Shown one piece after another: positions 23,818-35,639 of a stretch of DNA of 64,000 nucleotides. Source of the DNA: Callorhinchus milii (Eukaryota); assembly GCF_018977255.1 (NCBI RefSeq), contig NW_024704742.1, positions 79,114,001-79,178,000 of the forward strand, written 5' to 3'. The notes under the pieces are model-generated. The model did no database searches. It was not told where the DNA came from and saw only the letters and a program-made list of their open reading frames with translations. Within the stretch, counting starts at the first letter, position 1. Every line of letters begins with the position of its first letter. Made by a program: the position numbers and the translations under genes.

Positions 23818-24654
23818 AACTGAGTCTGAACACCAGTCTGAAATGAGGTTTGGGTTAAGGTCTGTTCAGCAATACAATTAAGCAGCCAGTAACACACAAC
23901 AGGTATAGCTCAGTATATAGATCAGTTAAATGTCCTTTGATTTGGTAAAATTGCTGTAATAATTTAATTAGATAATCATATGAATAATTTATATTTCTGG
24001 ATGGATCATAAACACATTAATTCAGCAAATGATGTAAAAGAGTACTTTGTATGTTTTCAGCTACTGGAATCAGTGACATTACAGGCAACTGCGTTCAGCA
24101 AGATTTTACCTTTTAGGATGAGAATTGCAAGAAAGGATTTGATCCCTATAACTGACTGGTGTGAAAACTATCTGTTGGAGTGCTGGTTCACAGGATACCA
24201 GCTTAACTCTGCTTTTTCTCTACTCCATAGAATATTAGTTTTGAGAATGTATTCTCAAGGCTCTCTCCCATGCTGAAGATTTTCATACACCTAAAGTTTC
24301 ATACAAGGTGCTCATTCACTATCTTTCCCATATAGCAAACAAATACAGGAAATTCCTTTTTCTAATTGAAGTTATCCCAATGATGACCTTAATGTACTTC
24401 CGAGAAACTGACTATAATAAATTCAACAAAGACTTTAGATCTTCCTTAGAATCGTCTTATATATTCTTGGGATGTGTTTCTTTTTATCTGTCTGATATGA
24501 GGTGCTTAGCCAATAAACTACATTATGAATTTGTGGAATTTGTGGAACAAACTCTGCTTGGTCTGCAGATTCTTCCACTTTGAAAATAAAACCAATTCAA
24601 TATTAATACGTTCTGCTTGAAATTGCATTAAATTGAAATACGATTTAAGCAAAA

Positions 24655-25010
24655 TAATAATAATCCTCAAATTTGATACAGCACCTTTCACATCACAAGG
24701 TTGTCTCAAAGAGCTTCACAGGATTTACTGTGAAGTGTAGTAACTGTGTTTTTGTGGGCAAACAGGGTAGCCTTTTGTGCACAACAAAATCCCAGAAACA
24801 TGAACTGAATGAACAATTTTATTTTGGAGTTTGTTAGTCAAAGCATCAAAAGAAACTCCCTTCTCTTCTTGAATAGATCTTCATCTGTTCTCGGATCCTC
24901 AGTTTAACTTCTCATCTGAAGGACGGAACCTCCAACAAAACAGCATATCACCATCATTGCATTTATGTATCAGCCTAGACTGTATGTATTCCAAGTCTTG
25001 ATGTGGGGCT
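24655..25010 (-). mobile_element. Older DeuSINE
   Basis: (AAT)n tail, core, AGAAACTCCCTTCTC and CTCAGTTTAACTTCTCATCTGAAGGACGG body. Confidence 0.7.
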
Positions 25011-25247
25011 TAGAGGTTATCACACAAAAAGCACTGCTGTGCTTCACGCTACCCTGTGTGAAGTGTGCTATATAAATGTGATCATTTGGTTGAGGGCTAG
25101 TCTGCCTGTTCTTTAGATAGACTTTAAAGATGCGTAAACTATTTGAGTGAGGAGTTTATTGCAGTGTCCCTGCCAACGATTCTCCAGATAAATTAATTGT
25201 TCACCTAATGGCCTGTTTGTAGGATCTTGCTGGGGCAAAATGGCTGA

Positions 25248-25520
25248 TAATAATAAAATTCTAGCATTTGATACCACACTGTCGTTGAGACGTCTCAAAG
25301 CACTCAACAGAATATACTGTAAAATGAATTGACTGTATATTGTGTGGGCAAAAGGCAGCAGCCAATTGCGCAGAATAGTGTCCCACAAACAGTCATGGAT
25401 TGAGTTACCATGAGATTATTACTCCGGGAAAGCAATCTACCAATTGATTAACGACGGGTTCTTACTGCTAGGTAAACAGAAGTAGTAAGTTTACCTAGCA
25501 GTAAGTAGGAACCAGTTGTT
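25248..25520 (-). mobile_element. Long-form SINE, 5'-truncated with an inverted duplication at the truncation point
   Basis: Minus-strand tail and core up to 25480, then 25489-25520 is the same segment in plus orientation. Confidence 0.85.
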
Positions 25521-26044
25521 AGGTCTCCTGTACCATACTGTTGCATTTGTCTACAACAAAAGTCAATGCATTTCATAGTAATCGCTGTAAAGCTCTTTGA
25601 GGTCTTTCAAGGTGATAAAGTACAATAGATTTTTTGTTTCGATTAAGCATATCTTTTCTAAATCAATTTATTCCAAAGAACCATGTAGCATTTTGCAGCC
25701 AATTCTCCTAGGTACTCAACATGCCACAATAACATGTAGCCTGTAAGTACATCATTTCAGTTCTCATGATGGCAAGGCTGCATCCCTTTACTCTTAGACT
25801 CTCTGCTTTCTATTTGCACAGATTCATTCAATCTTCATGGACCAGAGAAAGTAAATTTAAAAAATCTTGTTTGTCTCCCAATTTGCATAACATGAGGACA
25901 GAGACATCAATTTCTCACAAAATGTGCTTTAACATGCGTTTCACTGAAATATTTTATTTGCCCGTTTTACCTGAAATGTAAACACTGCCAGTAGAAGCCT
26001 TATTCATGAAGAAATAAAACAGCATTTGCCATGGAGGTGTAGAA

Positions 26045-26320
26045 CACTTTAAATGGGATTGAAAAAGTATCAAAACAGGAGAACAAGATGACATAGACTT
26101 AGAGTTATAAAGGGCTATGTCAGGACAGACATCAGGAAGTTTTTTGTTATGCAGAGTTTAATCAACACCTGAAACAGGTTGCCAGGAATGGTGATAGACA
26201 CCTGGACACTGGACTCATTTAAAAAGCAGCTTGATGCAGTGATGGGAGGATGGTGAGATGGGTGTTCTGGAGGGATGAGATTGGATGGGCAGATGGGCAG
26301 AAGGAACTTCTTCTGGGATT
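26045..26320 (+). mobile_element. Old CR1-like LINE 3' fragment
   Basis: TTTAAATGGGATTGAAAAAGTA and AGGAAGTT..CAGAG..AACAGGTTGC shared with 32000-32550; the reverse complement occurs at 62610-62710. Confidence 0.7.
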
Positions 26321-26534
26321 TGATACGGCAGTTAAAACATTGACATGTCAAAATGTCTCAAAACACTACTAATAGTATGTGTGTGTTTGTAGGTGAGATA
26401 GGCAGCCAATTTCCTCACAGCAAAGTCCAACGAACAGCCTTCTGGTAATGAACAATTGATATTGAAAACTAGTTCTCAATTAGAGAATTAGCCAGGACAA
26501 AGGGAGACATTCCCTTTTCAAATAGTGTTATAGG

Positions 26535-27130
26535 TGTCAGCCTGGCTCAGTTCACATCCACTCTCAACTCTGAGTCAGAAGGGTATGAGTTCAAAGCCCC
26601 AAAATTGGATTGTTGAGCTCAGTGTCCAGGCTGACATGGTGAAAGATTGGAAAGGTCATCCTTCAATAACATAAACTCTATTCTAAACAATCTTTAAAGT
26701 TTGGATTTCACGATTCACAAAGAGAGGGAGTTTCTCCCAGTGTGTTGGGCATCAATCCTCTAGATAAATTGATCATTCACCATATGGTTTCTTGTGGAGT
26801 GTTGCAGTGCATAAATAGTTGCCATGTTATTATGAATAATAATAAAAGGATAATGATGATGCTCACATTTGTTAAAGTTCATTTCACATTGGGAGGACTT
26901 TTCAAAAAGCTTCAGAGCATATATTGTGTAGTGACTGGGTGTTTTGTTGTATTGTGGCAGCCAATTTTGGCACAGCAATTTTCCACAAGTGAATGACCAA
27001 TTTTACCTGGGTAGTTGTCAGCAGGGACACCAGGAGAAACTCCCTTCTCTTTTCAAGAAATGCCATGAGATCTTTAACAACCCTCCGAACAAACAGACAG
27101 GACCTCGATTTAATATCTCATCCAAAGGAC
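26535..27130. mobile_element. Two older DeuSINEs, tail-to-tail (+ 26535-26830; - 26845-27130)
   Basis: Head GGCTCAGTT..CTCTGAGTCAGAAGG..GTTCAAAGCCC; opposite-strand copy with GGCAGCCAAT and GGGACACCAGGAGAAACTCCC. Confidence 0.7.
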
Positions 27131-27580
27131 TACACACATACTTTATTTAACAGTAATTATCTGTGAAGATCTTTGAGACATTTTGACATCATAGACTCAT
27201 TATGGGCAGATCATTAAAATGTGTTTTATTTCTTAATGGGTTTCCTTAACTGGGAATTAGGATCATCATGATATGATTAATGCCCACCTGTACAAATAAA
27301 TGGGACTTCAGTTTAATGTTTTATCTGAAGGATGACATCCTCAATAATTGAGAACTTATTCAGTACTGCACACATCCTAGCTAAAGGTGGCGTTCATGTT
27401 ATGAAAGAGTTTTATTAAATAGAGGTAGTGTAAATGGGATGCCTATCTGGAATCAGACATATGTCATGCCTCAGGGTCTAACCATTACACCATCTTTTCT
27501 TAGGCATGTCCAGTGTCCTGGTCTCTACTATGATTTCTGACAGTACATTCCAGCTGTTCATTACCTTCTTTGTAATGAAC

Positions 27581-28002
27581 CCGACTCCACTGGCTTCCCA
27601 TCCCCCAGAGGATCGAGTTCAAGATCCTGCCCTCACCTTTAAGGCCATCCATGACTCCCTACTAACCCGCCCGCTCCCTCCATTCATCAGGCTCCGGCCT
27701 GCTCCATGTCTCCTGCCCGACCCGCCCTACCATCGGTGGCCGGGCTTTCAGCCTCTCTTCTTCCATACTCTGGAACTCCATCCCATGGTCCCTTCGTCTT
27801 GTTTCCTCCCTTGCCTCCTTCAAGGCCGGTCTCAAGACCCTTCTCTTCGACTGTACCTTTGGTTGCCCACACACCTCTCTTTCTTCCGTAACCCCTACAC
27901 CACGCCTTCTCCATGCTCGGGCCCCGACATCTGACTGTTCAGCGCTTTGGGATGTCCTCCCAACGTGAAAGGCGCTCTATAAATATAATTTTGTTGTTGT
28001 TG
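27581..28002 (+). mobile_element. L2 LINE 3' fragment
   Basis: CGACTCCACTGGCTTCCCATCCCCCAGAGGATCGAGTTCAAG ([14 protein letters not shown]), 3' hairpin and (TTG)n. Confidence 0.93.
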
Positions 28003-28157
28003 TAGAAAGATAGTGACAAAGTTGGGATTCTCAAAACTGTATTTTCAATTATTCAAGTGGCTCACTTGTGTTATTCAATATGCAGGGTCTCGTTGAAGCT
28101 GAACTGGCTCCAAGGTGACATGCCTGGCAATGGAATGTCAGAATCAAGCCAGCCCTA

Positions 28158-28680
28158 TGTGGCAGGCTTGGTTGTGCAGTTCCTGAGATAACCTGGTCCG
28201 CAGGAATCTACGGCACTGCTGGTGACAGGACAGAAAACCTGGCTTATCGGCAGGACCTGGAAGGGCAGGCCAGTCCCTGGGAGCAGTGAGTCATCCCACT
28301 CAGCTCCTGTTAACCTTGAAATCCAAAGCCCTAACAGATAAGGTGGTCCCAGCTGGACAAACAGCGGGAAAGCTTTCCAGACAGCAATATCAATGGCAAG
28401 CCATGCAGTTTTAGCTGATTAACACCAGCAGTACTCCAACGCACACTCTGGGGTCCCCAAGCCTTGGGTCTTGCCAACCTGAGCCTAATACTTTCAGAAT
28501 TCAGTAAGCAGGATGTATTCCCTCCAGGGAGCGAGTGTGAGAGTGTACATTCCATTCCAACAACCTATCACTGAGATTTCCAGATACTTTAAAGCATGGT
28601 GATAGGGATAGCATAAATGGTAACGAAAACTCAGATACTTTGGCACATGTCAGACACCCGCTGACCAAAATAAAATGAGG
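28158..28680 (+). repeat. Unclassified dispersed repeat, copy A (solo-LTR-like?)
   Basis: Aligns with 48077-48140 + 52310-52715 (e.g. GCACACTCTGGGGTCCCMAAGCCTTGG; GTCAGACACCC..CTGACCAAA) and with 35445-35545. Copies A and B start TGTGGCAG. Strand arbitrary. Confidence 0.75.
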
Positions 28681-29599
28681 TTGAGAAGAAGAAGTGCCTC
28701 AACTGGAAATAATGCGGACGATTGTGTCAATTGCGACACCACCACCAATGTGACATAAGCAAGTGCGATACCATCGAGTGATCAAATCTGGCATCTTGCT
28801 GGTCTCTGTATGTGTGTTCATTTACCCATAGAGAGATTGGAATGTATCTGAAACAAACGTCTTTTTACTTTCTCAATGGAGGCCATATCTCTAACCAGTT
28901 GGGTCACCTTTCTCTAGTTGCATTCCTGTTTACTGTTCCTTCATCCAATGTGTTCAAGATGTATTTGGTGCTACACTATGCTTTGAAAATTAACAGTAGT
29001 TTCAATTTGTAAAGTTTCTTCCTTGATTTAATAAATGCAATACATGTCAATGTCAATTCATCTACCATTCTACCTACCAAACTTTAATGAGTGATTCTAT
29101 AGCCGGTTCTCATTGGTTTCTGATTCTTAATGGCACAAAGGATAGCGATGAATTCACCTTACATCCTTTAATATTGATCTCTTGGAGAGAGAGTCCAATG
29201 ACACTAGTACACTCAGCAGTTAATTCCCAAGGATTGTTTTGCTTAGAATGTGCAGTTACACAGCTTACACTTATTGTGTCTTTCCAAGAAGAATGAATTC
29301 TATAGGGATACTTTTTCTTATTTCAAAATTAAAAGTGGCTTCTGAACAGTTGTTTGGAGGATTGGAATGAGCGTACACCAAATGCAGTGAAAATTGACTA
29401 AATGCTTAGTGGCACTGTGTTATGCTACAGTTGGTTCTCCATTTTCAGTATCTACAAAGATTAGCTTTGCAACAGATCTACCTGCATTAAAATTCATTGT
29501 GATACCTGGTCCTTAAGCTCATAAGGACGCTAGCTCAATAAGGATTTCTGATTTAGCCATTTCTCTTTTAAGCATTCTCACAACTGGCAAGAAAGTATT

Positions 29600-29745
29600 G
29601 GGTAGAAATTCCACCTGGGTTGAGATTTACTTGAATTATGTAAAATTTCAGAGTATTTAGAAGTTGGCAAATTATTTTAAGTGTGATAGAAAAATTATTT
29701 ACAATTATATAACAATCCCTTGCATTTGATATTGTTCCTTTCAAC
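29600..29745 (+). repeat. Unclassified GGGWAGAAATT-terminated repeat, copy 1
   Basis: Aligns over ~145 bp with 30442-30583; inverted copies at 32680-32752 and ~34885-34956. Confidence 0.75.
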
Positions 29746-29914
29746 GAACATTCGTGGTCAGCATTTTCATAGTCCTCTATGAAAAAAATGTTTTCAAACT
29801 TTCCCATCGGTCTCTGGTAATAATCAGTTTGCCTGTCAGTAATCCAGAAAACATAAAGCACAGGGATTTCAATAGCCACAAAATATATAAAGGTTGCTTC
29901 TCGTAATATATAAT

Positions 29915-30231
29915 AATATAATACAATATCCTTGCATTTGATATAGCGCTTTTCACATCGGGAGGATGTCCCAAAGCACTTCACAGAACGCACTGTAAAG
30001 TGAATTGACTGTATATATTTGTGGGCGAACGCGGCAGCCAATTGCGGACAGCAATGTCCCACAAACAGCCGTAGATTGAAAATGACCAATTTATTATTGT
30101 TTTGGGTTTTGGAGGGATTATTATTAGGCGTATGGAGTAAGGAAACTTGCCCAAGGTTTCGCCCTGCCTGGAATTGAACTCAGGTCTCTCGCTTGCAAAG
30201 TGAATGCTCTAACCACTGAGCTACAGGACTC
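29915..30231 (-). mobile_element. tRNA-Ala-derived Deu-like SINE, short form
   Basis: Near-consensus reverse-complement copy of the 62218 element. Confidence 0.95.
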
Positions 30232-30441
30232 TCATGTTCTGCAGCAGTTGGATGAATGATTACTTGAATAAGTTATTTCCTTCTACTGTATGAAATGACA
30301 ACGAAAATAAGAAGAGCCAGTTGGGTTCACTCTAAGTAGAGACCATTAGCCCTGAATGGTTTTAAGTGGAGCCCAGTGTACAGACACCAGTAATTCTCTC
30401 AAATAACCACCATTAACACAACAATGGGAAAGAGCACTATT

Positions 30442-30583
30442 GGGGAGAAATTCCACCCGTGACGAGATTTACTCGAATTATGTAACATTTCAGTATTCGG
30501 AATTTGGCAAATTATTTTAAGTATGATAGAAAAATTATTTATAATCATAATAATTCCTTACATTTGCTATTGCTCTTTTCACG
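30442..30583 (+). repeat. Unclassified GGGWAGAAATT-terminated repeat, copy 2
   Basis: GGGGAGAAATTCCACC..GAGATTTACTCGAATTATGTAA..TTGGCAAATTATTTTAAGT.TGATAGAAAAATTATTT shared with copy 1. Confidence 0.75.
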
Positions 30584-30731
30584 TTGGAAGGGTGTCTCAA
30601 AATGTTTCATTGGACGTAATGTGTATTTTGTGATGTGTATTTTGTAAGTGAATGTGGCATTGACCCACAATGTGCACAACCAGCCATGAAGTGAATAATC
30701 AATTTTATTTGGGAGATTGTTGACCAGGATA

Positions 30732-31874
30732 CTATATGCTCCCCCTCGGTGACATCATCCGCAGACATGGAGTTAACTTCCACATGTATGCGGATGACAC
30801 CCAACTCTACCTTTCCTCCACTACTCTCAACTCCACGACCACCGATGTCCTGACAGCCTGCCTGTCCGACATCGAGTCCTGGACGAGAGACAACTTTCTT
30901 CAGCTCAACGTGCGAAAAACCGAGGCCCTCCTGATTGGCTCACGTCAGCGCCTCCGCACCTCAGGCGCTGACACCATCAGCATCCAAGGCTGCACTCTCC
31001 ACCTCTCAAAGCCAGTCAGGAACCTCGGCGTTTTGTTCGACCCTGAGCTGTCCTTTCTCCCTCACATCCGCACCACAACTGGCACCGCCTTCCATCACCT
31101 TCGGAACATCGCCAGACTACGGCACTACCTCACCCCTCACGCTGCTGAAACTCTGGTCCACGCCTTTGTCACCTCAAGGCTGGACTATGGGAACTCTCTC
31201 CTCGCCGGCCTTCCCGCCACCTCCCTCCACAAGCTGCAGGTCATTCAGAACTCTGCAGCTCGTGTACTGTCCCGCACCAGGCTTCGGGACCACATCACTC
31301 CCACCCTCGCTCGCCTCCACTGGCTCCCCATCCCCCAGAGGATTGATTTCAAGATCCTCATCCTCACCTACAAGGCCATTCACGGCCTTGCTCCCTCCTA
31401 CCTCTCCAACCTACTATCCCCCTACCTACCTGCCCGTACCCTCCGTTCCTCTGGCTCTGGTCTGCTCCACGTCCCCCGCCCCAACCGCCCTACCATCGGT
31501 GGTCGGGCCTTCAGCCTCTCAGCCCCCAGGCTCTGGAACTCCATCCCCCAGTGCCTTCGCCTTGCTTCCTCCCTTTCCTCCTTCAAGGCCGGTCTCAAAA
31601 CCTTTCTCTTTGACCGTGCCTTCAGCTCCCCTCTCGACTCTCTTCCCCCTCCTCGCTCCCTCCCTTCCCTCCCTCACCCTGACCATTTCCCCCTCCTTGC
31701 TCCCTCCTTCCCTCACCCTGACCATTTCCCCCTCCTCGCTCCCTCCCTTCCCTCCCCTCACCCTGACCATTTCCCCCCTGCTCGGGTCATGACCCAACTG
31801 TGCAGCGCCTTGGGACGTCCTCCTGACGTGAAAGGCGCTTTATAAATGGAATCTTGTTGTTGTTGTTGTTGTTG
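30732..31874 (+). mobile_element. Young 5'-truncated L2 LINE; open 369-aa RT C-terminal half; TSD GATACT; inserted into an older minus-strand SINE
   Basis: ORF 30736..31845 has [32 protein letters not shown] and LHWLP with no stops; (TTG)n tail; GATACT at 30728-33 and 31874-79; SINE halves at 30545-30733 and 31874-31985. Confidence 0.97.
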
Positions 31875-31999
31875 ATACTGGGAGAAATCCCCTTCTCTTT
31901 TTGAATAGTCCTGTGGGATCTTTGACATCTAACTGAATAACAGATGTTACCTTGGTTTAGCTTTCTCATCTGAAACACTGAGCTATATTCATGATGCTG

Positions 32000-32550
32000 G
32001 GGTACATTGCTAAACCAATTGTGTTTATATCCCCAGATGTCATACTCAGTCTGTACAGAGTTCTGGTCAGACCACATTTTGATTACTGTATACAGATCTT
32101 GTAATGGGGATGTACAAGAGCTGACCAAGCCATTAAGGCAGCGCAGACGAAAGCAAGGGGTATGATCCCCGGTGTTAGAACTATGAGCTAGGAGCAACAA
32201 TTAGACAAGCGAGAGCTTTTCAGTCTTGAGAGAAGATGATTGCTTTTTAAGGACACAATTTTAAATGGGATTGAAAAAGTAAACCCAGATTAATACTTTA
32301 GGATGCACCATGACAGTTGAATAAGAGGACAGAGGTTTGGGACAATTTCAGGACAGATACCAGGAAGTTTCTCTTTATGAAAAGGATAATAAACAGGTTG
32401 CTAGCAAAGGTGGTAGAGGCCAGATTAATGGACTCATGTGTAAAGCAATTTGATGTATTGATGAGAGGACGGTAGCTTGGTTGTCCTGGAAGGATGAGAT
32501 TGGATGCACTGAAGAGTTTTCGTCATCCAGATAAATGTTGAGATCTTGTA
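32000..32550 (+). mobile_element. Old CR1-like LINE 3' region
   Basis: CTGTACAGAGTTCTGGTCAGACCACATTTTGATTACTGTATACAG (LYRVLVRPHFDYCIQ, the CR1 LYxxLVRPHLEYCVQ motif). Confidence 0.8.
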
Positions 32551-33439
32551 ACCTCTAGCAATGTAGCAGTCCCCCATCACTGCATTGGATTGTGAGTTCA
32601 AAGTCTAAGCTTATGTCAACCTTCTGACTCAAAGGCAAGAGTGCTACCAACTGAGCCAGAAAGTGAAGACTGAATTCAACAATTTGCCAAATTCTGGATA
32701 TTCTGAAATGCTACATTATTAAATTAAATCTAGACCCAAGTGAAATTTCTCCTTGTACTTTGGTCATATTTCATTTTTGAATCTTGAAAACTACTTATTT
32801 AGGCAATAAGCTGATTCCAATCCCACATGTCTACAAATACACAGTCACTACACTTGACAGCAAATATTAATGAAGTGCTTTGAAATATTGTCATTATTGG
32901 TACAAATCAAATGTAAGGATATCATTATTATCATTATTATTATTATTATTAATTTTCTCCCCTTCCTGCCCTCACCCAATCCACATTCATTGAAACAGAT
33001 ATCAATTTAAGCAGACTGCAGTCTTTGTGAGGGTTAATCTGGGCCATAACAGGTTTGGAGTTTTGTTTTGTGCTCAGATAGGCCATACCCTCGACCCATT
33101 TTGAATGCTGTTTTTGAACCAATAATGTAAAGCAAAAAGTATTGATATAATGAAGAGTCTGATATAAAGTGATCATTTTATATCAAATTAATATGGCTTA
33201 AAATATGTGTACACACCACTGAGCTTTGCCAAAGTTGCAGTGAGCTTTGCAGTGAAAGATTGTTGCTTCTGAGAATGATTATGTAACATTTCTCTGCGGC
33301 AATGCAAAAAAATAGCAAAGATGACAGATTATAAGTATTGTGTCTTGTGGTATTATTCACAGATTTTAGATATAGGATGTAAAATTGCTCATAAATTCTT
33401 TCTATGTTCCACTATACATCCCAAATACTAGGCAGCTAC

Positions 33440-33760
33440 AATGACCTTGAGGAAGGGACAACAAGCAAGATATCTGAATTTGCAGATGCCCAAAAATTAT
33501 GTGGGAAAGCTAATGCAGTCAGAAAAGCAATTATTATTCAGGAGGATTTAGAAAGCTTACTGCTTGGGTGGAGGATTTGAAAATTACCTTGAGTGTGTAT
33601 TAATGTACCATTTCATAAATTGGATATAGCCATATTCACTGGGAGCATTAAGAGGGGTAAACCACGATATTATGAAGAGCATCCACACAAAAAACCTAGG
33701 ACATGGTAGGAATCAGATCTTCGATCTTGTAAACTCAACAACAGACAAGGCAAGTAATAA
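33440..33760 (+). mobile_element. Very old CR1 RT fragment
   Basis: ATATCTGAATTTGCAGATGCCCAAAAATTATGTGGG resembles ISKFADDTKLGG; ATTCAGGAGGATTTAGA resembles QEDL. Confidence 0.55.
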
Positions 33761-34656
33761 TAATCTTTTCATTTAATATAGAACCTACAACAAAGATATG
33801 TTGCAAGTAATAGGAGACATTCAGCCAAATTTGTTAATATTGTAACTACTGTATATGATTAATGAAAGCACACTTTAAACCTTTTGCTCAGGTTTAGCCT
33901 CTATTCGATTGAGAAAGTCATAAACAATGTGGAAAGAGGGCATCAGAGCAACGACAATGATGTTCGAATGAAGTGCCTTCCTTTTCACTTATTAAATATC
34001 TATACACTCGGCTATGCTGGGTAAGCTGAAGGCTTGCTTTACAATCGGTTTGTGCCCAACAGCAGCCAGAAAACACAACAAAGGACCAGAGACAGAATAG
34101 ATACAGCAGCAATCAACATGGTATAAGCTTTGACATTTTTGTTGCTCAGTTTGGTATTGCATAATATTCACGTCACCAAGAATATTCGCTGTTATGATAC
34201 ACTGATGGGTAGAACGCTACATGTTAGCAGTGGTGATAGATTCAATGTTGTATTGGGCATTCAACCAACTTCAAATATGATCTTCAAAACATTTTTGCAA
34301 CAGCAATGCTGAGTTTCTGACCTTTTGGCTGCTTCTTTACACCTTTACAGTCCTGATAAAATTTGTTCTAATAAAAACAGTCCTGTTTATCCCCTGTTTT
34401 CTCACAAGTAAACCCTTTCATCCCTGGTATCACCCCAGTGAATCTCCTCCTCTGTACCCTCTACATGCCTCTCCTATTGTGAGGTGTATTGGGCACAGTA
34501 CTTCTGACTAGCGAATTGTAACAAAGGAATAATTAAACACCATTTTTCGTTTTCCTTCTTTTCATTGAAGATATTAGCCACAGATTATGAAGGGCTAGAA
34601 TTGGTCTAAGGGCACATTCTGCTAGCATTCCACCCTCCCCACCTACCATCCCCGAT

Positions 34657-34870
34657 TAATAATAATCCCTCCAAAACAAAAAACAATAATAAATTGGTCA
34701 TCTTCAATCTACGACTGTTTGTGGGACACTACTGTGCGCAACTGGCTGCCGCGTTCGCCCACAAATATACAGTTAATTCACTTTGCAGTATATTCTGTGA
34801 AGCGCTTTGGGACGTCGAGAAGACGTGAAAAGCGCTATATAAAATGCAAGGATTATTATTATTATTATTA
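34657..34870 (+). mobile_element. Deu-like SINE, headless 3' part
   Basis: AATAATCCCTCCAAAAC..CTGTTTGTGGGAC..GACGTGAAAAGCGCTATA..(ATT)n. Confidence 0.92.
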
Positions 34871-35444
34871 TACACAAATTTACTGGCTTCAAATTCTGTA
34901 TGCTCCAAAATAATAAGAAAACAGAGTAAGTCTAGACTCAAGTGAAAATTCTACCCTTAGGCTCGGGTGTCATTGCGAGTGAGAGAATACTATTGAATCT
35001 TTTGACAAAGTTGCTTTCAATGTTAAAGGCAACAATTCAACAATAATAATAACGACTTGCATTGATATGACACCTTTCATAAAAAATAAATCTCTTGAAG
35101 TGCTTTACAAAGTAATGGGGTTTCCTAATATATGCGATTTTAAATCCAAATATAGATTTAAATCAGGATTCTGTCTGATCTACCATTGTGCCTAGGGCCC
35201 GGGGGGGAAATTCAATAATAACTTGGCTTCATGTAATTTTTATTAAAACTACAATCTGTTGATATGATGGCATATTAGAGGAAGGAACAAAATTGTTGGA
35301 GAGGGATTGGAGAGCAACATCATCAGACGTTTGAGCTTGAACACTGGTGATAATTTATGTCAACTTTTAGTCGCAAAACAAAATGTCGGAATTTAGCCAA
35401 CCTCTGTGGTGAGTTCAGTAGTGTGGAGCCAGACACGGAAGCAA

Positions 35445-35545
35445 GGATTCTTCCTACTCAACTCCTGTTAACCCTGCAAGCCAAAGCCCCAGCTTGGACA
35501 AGCAGCAGGAAACTTGCCAGACAATGCTTTCAATGCTATGTAAAT
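35445..35545 (+). repeat. Unclassified dispersed repeat, copy C (internal fragment)
   Basis: ACTCAACTCCTGTTAACCCTGCAAGCCAAAGCCC..GGACAAGCAGCAGGAAA..CCAGACA matches 28298-28395. Confidence 0.65.
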
Positions 35546-35639
35546 GTAAATGCATTGCATTGGATACCATGAATCTCAATATCAGTCGGAGTCCTGATCC
35601 CCGACTGTTCAGTGCTCATCTAGGTTTACACCAACAGCA

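Noticed and set aside
23980..24583. Plus-strand ORFs after a TTTTCAG acceptor-like site
   Set aside because: No recognisable homology and no matching donor; composition looks non-coding.
28331..28555. Coding potential of the unclassified repeat (similar peptides at 28331 and 52468)
   Set aside because: By-eye codon comparison gave more replacement than silent differences, consistent with neutral DNA similarity.
30935..31792. 285-aa Ser/Pro-rich overlapping ORF
   Set aside because: Alternative frame of C-rich L2 sequence that is naturally poor in stop codons; not ATG-initiated.
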